Of a stretch of 64,000 nt of DNA, positions 60,393 through 64,000 are shown piece after piece. Below the pieces are notes generated by a model. The model did not search any database. It saw only the letters and a list, made by a program, of their open reading frames with translations, and was not told where the DNA came from. The translations under genes were made by a program, and so were the position numbers. The stretch is from Saprospiraceae bacterium (GTDB taxonomy: Bacteria > Bacteroidota > Bacteroidia > Chitinophagales > Saprospiraceae), in the NCBI GenBank assembly GCA_965247965.1, contig OZ252053.1, positions 1,710,014 through 1,774,013 of the forward strand, given 5' to 3'. Within the stretch, counting starts at the first letter, position 1; each line of letters begins with the position of its first letter.

Positions 60393-61667
60393 TTGGTAAG
60401 TGTTATGCTTTATCATCTATTCGACTATATAGAGGCGAATTATAATTTTCCGGGAGCGGGGCTGTTTCAGTTCATTACTTTCCGGGCGGGGCTTGCCATT
60501 ATTCTCTCTCTTGTCATTTCTATTGTCTGGGGAAACTCCATCATTATCTCCTTGAAAAGACTTCAAATCGGAGAATCCATCCGCGACCTTGGCCTTTCCG
60601 GGCAAACCGAAAAAGAAGGCACTCCTACTATGGGAGGCATTATCATCATTTTATCCATTTTGATCCCTACCCTTCTGCTATGCGATCTTACCAATGTATA
60701 CGTGATCCTAATGGTCATTGCGACCATCTGGATGGGCATTGTTGGTGGTATTGATGATTATATCAAAGTGTTCAAAAAAGATAAAAAAGGCCTTCAAGGC
60801 AAATTCAAGATCTTCGGGCAAATAATGCTGGGACTACTCATCAGCATTACAATGCTTGCTCACAAAGATGTAGTCGTAAGGTTACCCTATGATACTGCGA
60901 TTGAAAATGACTTCCAAATAATCGATGAATTCGAAAGAAAAACGACGGCGATCGGCACAGAAAATATGTCGAAATATGCCTATGTGAAAGCCAACCTAAC
61001 GAATATCCCCTTTTTCAAAGAAAATTTGTTGAATTATCGCTCCTTGCTTTTCTTTCTAGGCGACAACGCCGATAAGCTCGTTTGGATCGTATTCATTCCT
61101 ATCATAATTATCATTGTGACGGGCGTATCTAATGCAGCTAATCTTACGGATGGCATAGACGGCCTTGCCGCCGGAGTTTCTGCCATTATTGGCGTTACGC
61201 TCGGCATCTTTGCTTATGTATCGAGTAATTTCATAATCGCTGACTACCTCAACATTTTATTTCTGCCACACACGGAGGAGTTGGTCATATTCGCCGCATG
61301 TTTCCTGGGAGCGTGCGTTGGTTTTTTATGGTACAATTCGTATCCCGCAAAAGTATTCATGGGCGATACGGGCAGTCTGGCGATCGGTGGAATCATTGCT
61401 GCCATGGCAATACTCCTTAGAAAAGAATTGCTTCTGCCCATCTTCGGAGGAATCCTGATGGTCGAAACCTTTTCCGTTATGCTCCAGGTAAGCTATTTTA
61501 AATACACCAAAAAGAAATATGGCGAAGGAAGGAGGATATTCCGGATGTCGCCTTTACACCATCACTATCAGATGATAGGATTGCACGAATCCAAGATCGT
61601 TACACGGTTTTGGATTGTAGGTGTTATGCTGGCCATTTTGGCAATTATTACGCTTAAGGTGAGGTAG
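60393..61667 (+). CDS. mraY: Phospho-N-acetylmuramoyl-pentapeptide transferase
   Basis: 424 aa polytopic protein with MraY motifs ([14 protein letters not shown]). Confidence 0.92.
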   Translation: MVSVMLYHLFDYIEANYNFPGAGLFQFITFRAGLAIILSLVISIVWGNSIIISLKRLQIGESIRDLGLSGQTEKEGTPTMGGIIIILSILIPTLLLCDLTNVYVILMVIATIWMGIVGGIDDYIKVFKKDKKGLQGKFKIFGQIMLGLLISITMLAHKDVVVRLPYDTAIENDFQIIDEFERKTTAIGTENMSKYAYVKANLTNIPFFKENLLNYRSLLFFLGDNADKLVWIVFIPIIIIIVTGVSNAANLTDGIDGLAAGVSAIIGVTLGIFAYVSSNFIIADYLNILFLPHTEELVIFAACFLGACVGFLWYNSYPAKVFMGDTGSLAIGGIIAAMAILLRKELLLPIFGGILMVETFSVMLQVSYFKYTKKKYGEGRRIFRMSPLHHHYQMIGLHESKIVTRFWIVGVMLAILAIITLKVR

Positions 61668-61732
61668 GAAACCACGGAGAAATTATTAGTAAAAACAGGA
61701 AACGCGAAGTAAAAGTGATAAAGGTTTTGACC

Positions 61733-61812
61733 ACGGATTACACAGATTACACAGATTATTGCGGTAGGCAATTAATCCGCTCCATCCGTGAAATCTGTGA
61801 AATCTGTAGCTA
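61733..61812. repeat. Second copy of the ~70 to 80 bp repeat (gattacaca x2 ... ccgtgaaatctgtgaaatctgtagc), in the mraY-murD spacer
   Basis: Homologous to 55881..55949. It contains the 9-mer tandem gattacaca gattacaca. Confidence 0.75.
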
Positions 61813-61896
61813 CAAAAACCACGTGCCAGCAGGTGGAGTTTGGCCTGTGCAAACAATTGGTGTGGTTCTACAACTATCTAAAACATACAAGGGTAG

Positions 61897-63162
61897 ATGA
61901 AGATTGGAATCCTCGGAGCGGGCGAGAGTGGTGTAGGTGCAGCCCTTTTGGCGAAAGAAAAGGGTTTGGTGGCATTTGTAAGTGACAACGGGAAAATAGC
62001 GGATTCGTATAAAGACGAGTTAGTAAAAAATAAAATCCTTTTTGAAGAAAGCGGACATTCTCTTGAAATACTCGAAAAACTGGATTTGATCGTTAAAAGT
62101 CCAGGCATACCGAATACGGTCGAAGCCGTAAGCCATTTGAAAGAAAAGGAGCTGAATGTCATTGGTGAAATAGAATTCGCCTTCCGGTTTTGTAATGGTA
62201 AAATTATAGGTATAACGGGATCAAATGGAAAAACTACAACGACTAATCTCGTTTACCATTTCTTGAAAAGTGCAAATTACAATGTATCCAAAGGAGGTAA
62301 TATTGGAACCTGCTTTTCGAGGTTAATCATAGAAGGTTTTGATTGGTATGTCATCGAGCTGAGCAGCTTTCAATTGGAAGATATCGTAGAGTTCAAGCCT
62401 AACATCGCCGCCTTGCTCAATGTGACTTCCGATCATCTGAATCGATACGACGGCAACATTAAAAAATATATGGAAGCTAAGTGCAGAATATTTTTGAATC
62501 AGAATGCAGATGATGTTCTTTTTATACCAATGGACGAAAGACTTTTTGACAGAGCTAGTCGAAAATCGATTCAGCTTGAAGTCGTTGACGCCGAAGAAAA
62601 TGTTGACGCTCAAGGCAATCCATATCTGAGAGGCGGGCACAATAAGATGAATTTGAGATTTGCGAGAGCAATAGCAAAACAAGCGCGTGTAAATGATGAA
62701 ACCATAGCTAAAGCGATTTCCTTGTTCGTGAATGACGACCACAGGTTGCAACCGGTAGCAAGGATCGACGAAGTGCTTTACATCAATGACAGCAAGGCCA
62801 CTAATGTAGATGCGGTCTACTATGCATTGAGAGCATTCGACGAGCCGATCATATGGATCGTCGGCGGAGTGGACAAAGGAAACAACTACGATGCCATAGA
62901 AGAAGATGTACGAAAAAACGTGAAACATATTATTGCATTAGGTGCTGATAATCAAAAGGTTATAAAATACTTCAAAGGAAAAGTAAATAGTCTGGAGGAA
63001 GCAAAAAATATGGAGGAGGCTGTAAGTAAAAGTGAAAAATTGGCTGATCAAGGAGATGTAGTTCTATTGTCACCAGCATGTGCGAGTTTTGATTTATTTG
63101 AGAATTATAAGGATCGTGGGGAGCAGTTTATGAGTGCAGTGTGGAGTTTACTGCAACAGTAA
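61897..63162 (+). CDS. murD: UDP-N-acetylmuramoylalanine--D-glutamate ligase
   Basis: ILGAGESG N-terminal Rossmann motif, GSNGKTTT P-loop, and the Mur ligase domains. Confidence 0.92.
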   Translation: MKIGILGAGESGVGAALLAKEKGLVAFVSDNGKIADSYKDELVKNKILFEESGHSLEILEKLDLIVKSPGIPNTVEAVSHLKEKELNVIGEIEFAFRFCNGKIIGITGSNGKTTTTNLVYHFLKSANYNVSKGGNIGTCFSRLIIEGFDWYVIELSSFQLEDIVEFKPNIAALLNVTSDHLNRYDGNIKKYMEAKCRIFLNQNADDVLFIPMDERLFDRASRKSIQLEVVDAEENVDAQGNPYLRGGHNKMNLRFARAIAKQARVNDETIAKAISLFVNDDHRLQPVARIDEVLYINDSKATNVDAVYYALRAFDEPIIWIVGGVDKGNNYDAIEEDVRKNVKHIIALGADNQKVIKYFKGKVNSLEEAKNMEEAVSKSEKLADQGDVVLLSPACASFDLFENYKDRGEQFMSAVWSLLQQ

Positions 63163-63196
63163 GTTTTTGAAGCGCTCGCGGGAATAAAACAAAAAA

Positions 63197-63224
63197 GTTG
63201 CCGGTTGCCGGTTGCGAGTTGTTG
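63197..63224. repeat. Heptamer tandem array (gttgcNg x4) downstream of murD
   Basis: gttgccg gttgccg gttgcga gttgttg. Confidence 0.85.
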
Positions 63225-63318
63225 GAGTCTCAATCTAAACCAAAATATAAAAAATATGAATTCTTGTAATGTGATACTGCTTGAAAATGCGACAGTTATT
63301 CTTCGGACGCGTGAACCC

Positions 63319-63381
63319 GTAACTGGCAACTCGCAACTGGTAACTGGTAACTGGTAACTGGTAACTGGTAACTGGTAACTA
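63319..63381. repeat. Heptamer tandem array (gYaactN x9) upstream of ftsW. It is an approximate inverted partner of the array at 63197..63224
   Basis: gtaactg gcaactc gcaactg gtaactg x5 gtaacta. Confidence 0.85.
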
Positions 63382-63416
63382 ATTAGTCGAGAAAGACGTA
63401 GTGTGATAACAGATAG

Positions 63417-64000
63417 ATGAACTTAACACAAGACATACTCACCAAACTCAAAGGCGACAAGGTCATCTGGCTCATCGTCATCCTCCTAGGCCTTACCTCG
63501 ATATTATCGGTGTACAGTGCTGCAGGCAGTATGGCATTTAAGAATAGAGGCGGCAATACGGAGTACTACCTCATTCAGCAATTGCTCTTTATCGGCGTAG
63601 GATTTTTTGTCGTATTCGTCACATCGAGCCTTCACTACATGTGGTATTCTAAAATCGCTCCATGGCTCATCTTGCTCACGGTACCACTTCTATTGTACAC
63701 CATGACAATGGGCACTGCGATCAACGAAGCTGCCCGATGGATTAACATTCCGTGGATCGATAAAACGATTCAAACATCCGATTTTGCGAGGATTGCATTG
63801 ATCATTTTTATAGCCAAATCCATCTCTAAAAAGCAAGAATTTATAAAAGATTTTCAATCTGCCTTTGTTCCTATCATATTTCCAATTATCTTAATATGTT
63901 CTTTGATAGCTCCCGCGGATCTGTCAACGGCTATTTTGTTGTTTTCGACGAGTATAATGATGATGTTTATAGGTAGAGTCAGTATGAAATATATCCTTGT
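63417..64000 (+). CDS. ftsW: FtsW/SEDS-family cell-division glycosyltransferase, N-terminal part that continues beyond the window
   Basis: Multi-TM N-terminus with conserved FtsW/RodA-like segments, in the dcw position after murD. Confidence 0.8.
   Translation, partial: MNLTQDILTKLKGDKVIWLIVILLGLTSILSVYSAAGSMAFKNRGGNTEYYLIQQLLFIGVGFFVVFVTSSLHYMWYSKIAPWLILLTVPLLLYTMTMGTAINEAARWINIPWIDKTIQTSDFARIALIIFIAKSISKKQEFIKDFQSAFVPIIFPIILICSLIAPADLSTAILLFSTSIMMMFIGRVSMKYIL

Noticed and set aside
61715-61900. 61 aa ORF (…TDYTDYTDYCGRQLIRSIREICEICS…) in the mraY-murD spacer
   Set aside because: It is a translation of the GATTACACA tandem and inverted repeat, a repeat-derived artefact.
1-64000. tRNA or rRNA genes
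   Set aside because: No cloverleaf-like or rRNA-like stretch was recognisable by eye in the intergenic regions. I cannot exclude a tRNA without running tRNAscan-SE.

Overview
This 64 kb window looks like a Bacteroidota-type chromosome segment of roughly 40% GC; the phylum call is my inference from gene content and is not decisive. The evidence is SusC-like and IPTL-CTERM genes, an MraZ-RsmH-FtsL-FtsI-MurE-MraY-MurD-FtsW dcw order without murF, a BamD-RpoZ-CoaBC-DUF4835 block, and no Shine-Dalgarno-like spacing.

The first ~42 kb is an unusually dense insertion-sequence graveyard. At least 11 IS copies from about 9 families are present: IS1182 (two copies), IS21, IS1634, IS110, IS66, IS630, IS4, IS5, and two unclassified HTH+DDE types. 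Several are nested in one another or in small palindromic MITE/REP-like elements, and several have frameshifted transposases.

Housekeeping genes are interleaved with the IS copies: dgt, gap, pgk, murI, trxB, a flotillin/NfeD pair, paiB and an Hsp70. Some host genes are visibly decayed or disrupted. These include a SusC-like receptor fused to an adenylate-cyclase remnant, a DUF1080 gene cut by an IS, and a metalloprotease with a frameshift right after its signal peptide.

The last ~20 kb is conserved core: bamD-rpoZ-coaBC, cutA, a peroxiredoxin, and the dcw cell-wall cluster. Even there the intergenic spacers carry short tandem hexamer/heptamer arrays and GC-rich palindromic repeats. A VapB-VapB-VapC-like toxin-antitoxin module with a duplicated antitoxin sits next to the Hsp70 gene.

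I saw no CRISPR array, and no rRNA or tRNA gene could be recognised by eye. The most novel-looking items are the structured non-coding region upstream of the IS110 recombinase (a candidate bridge RNA), the recurrent short tandem arrays placed immediately after stop codons or before start codons, and the symmetric 17-mer repeat system in the nfeD-floT/paiB divergent promoter.
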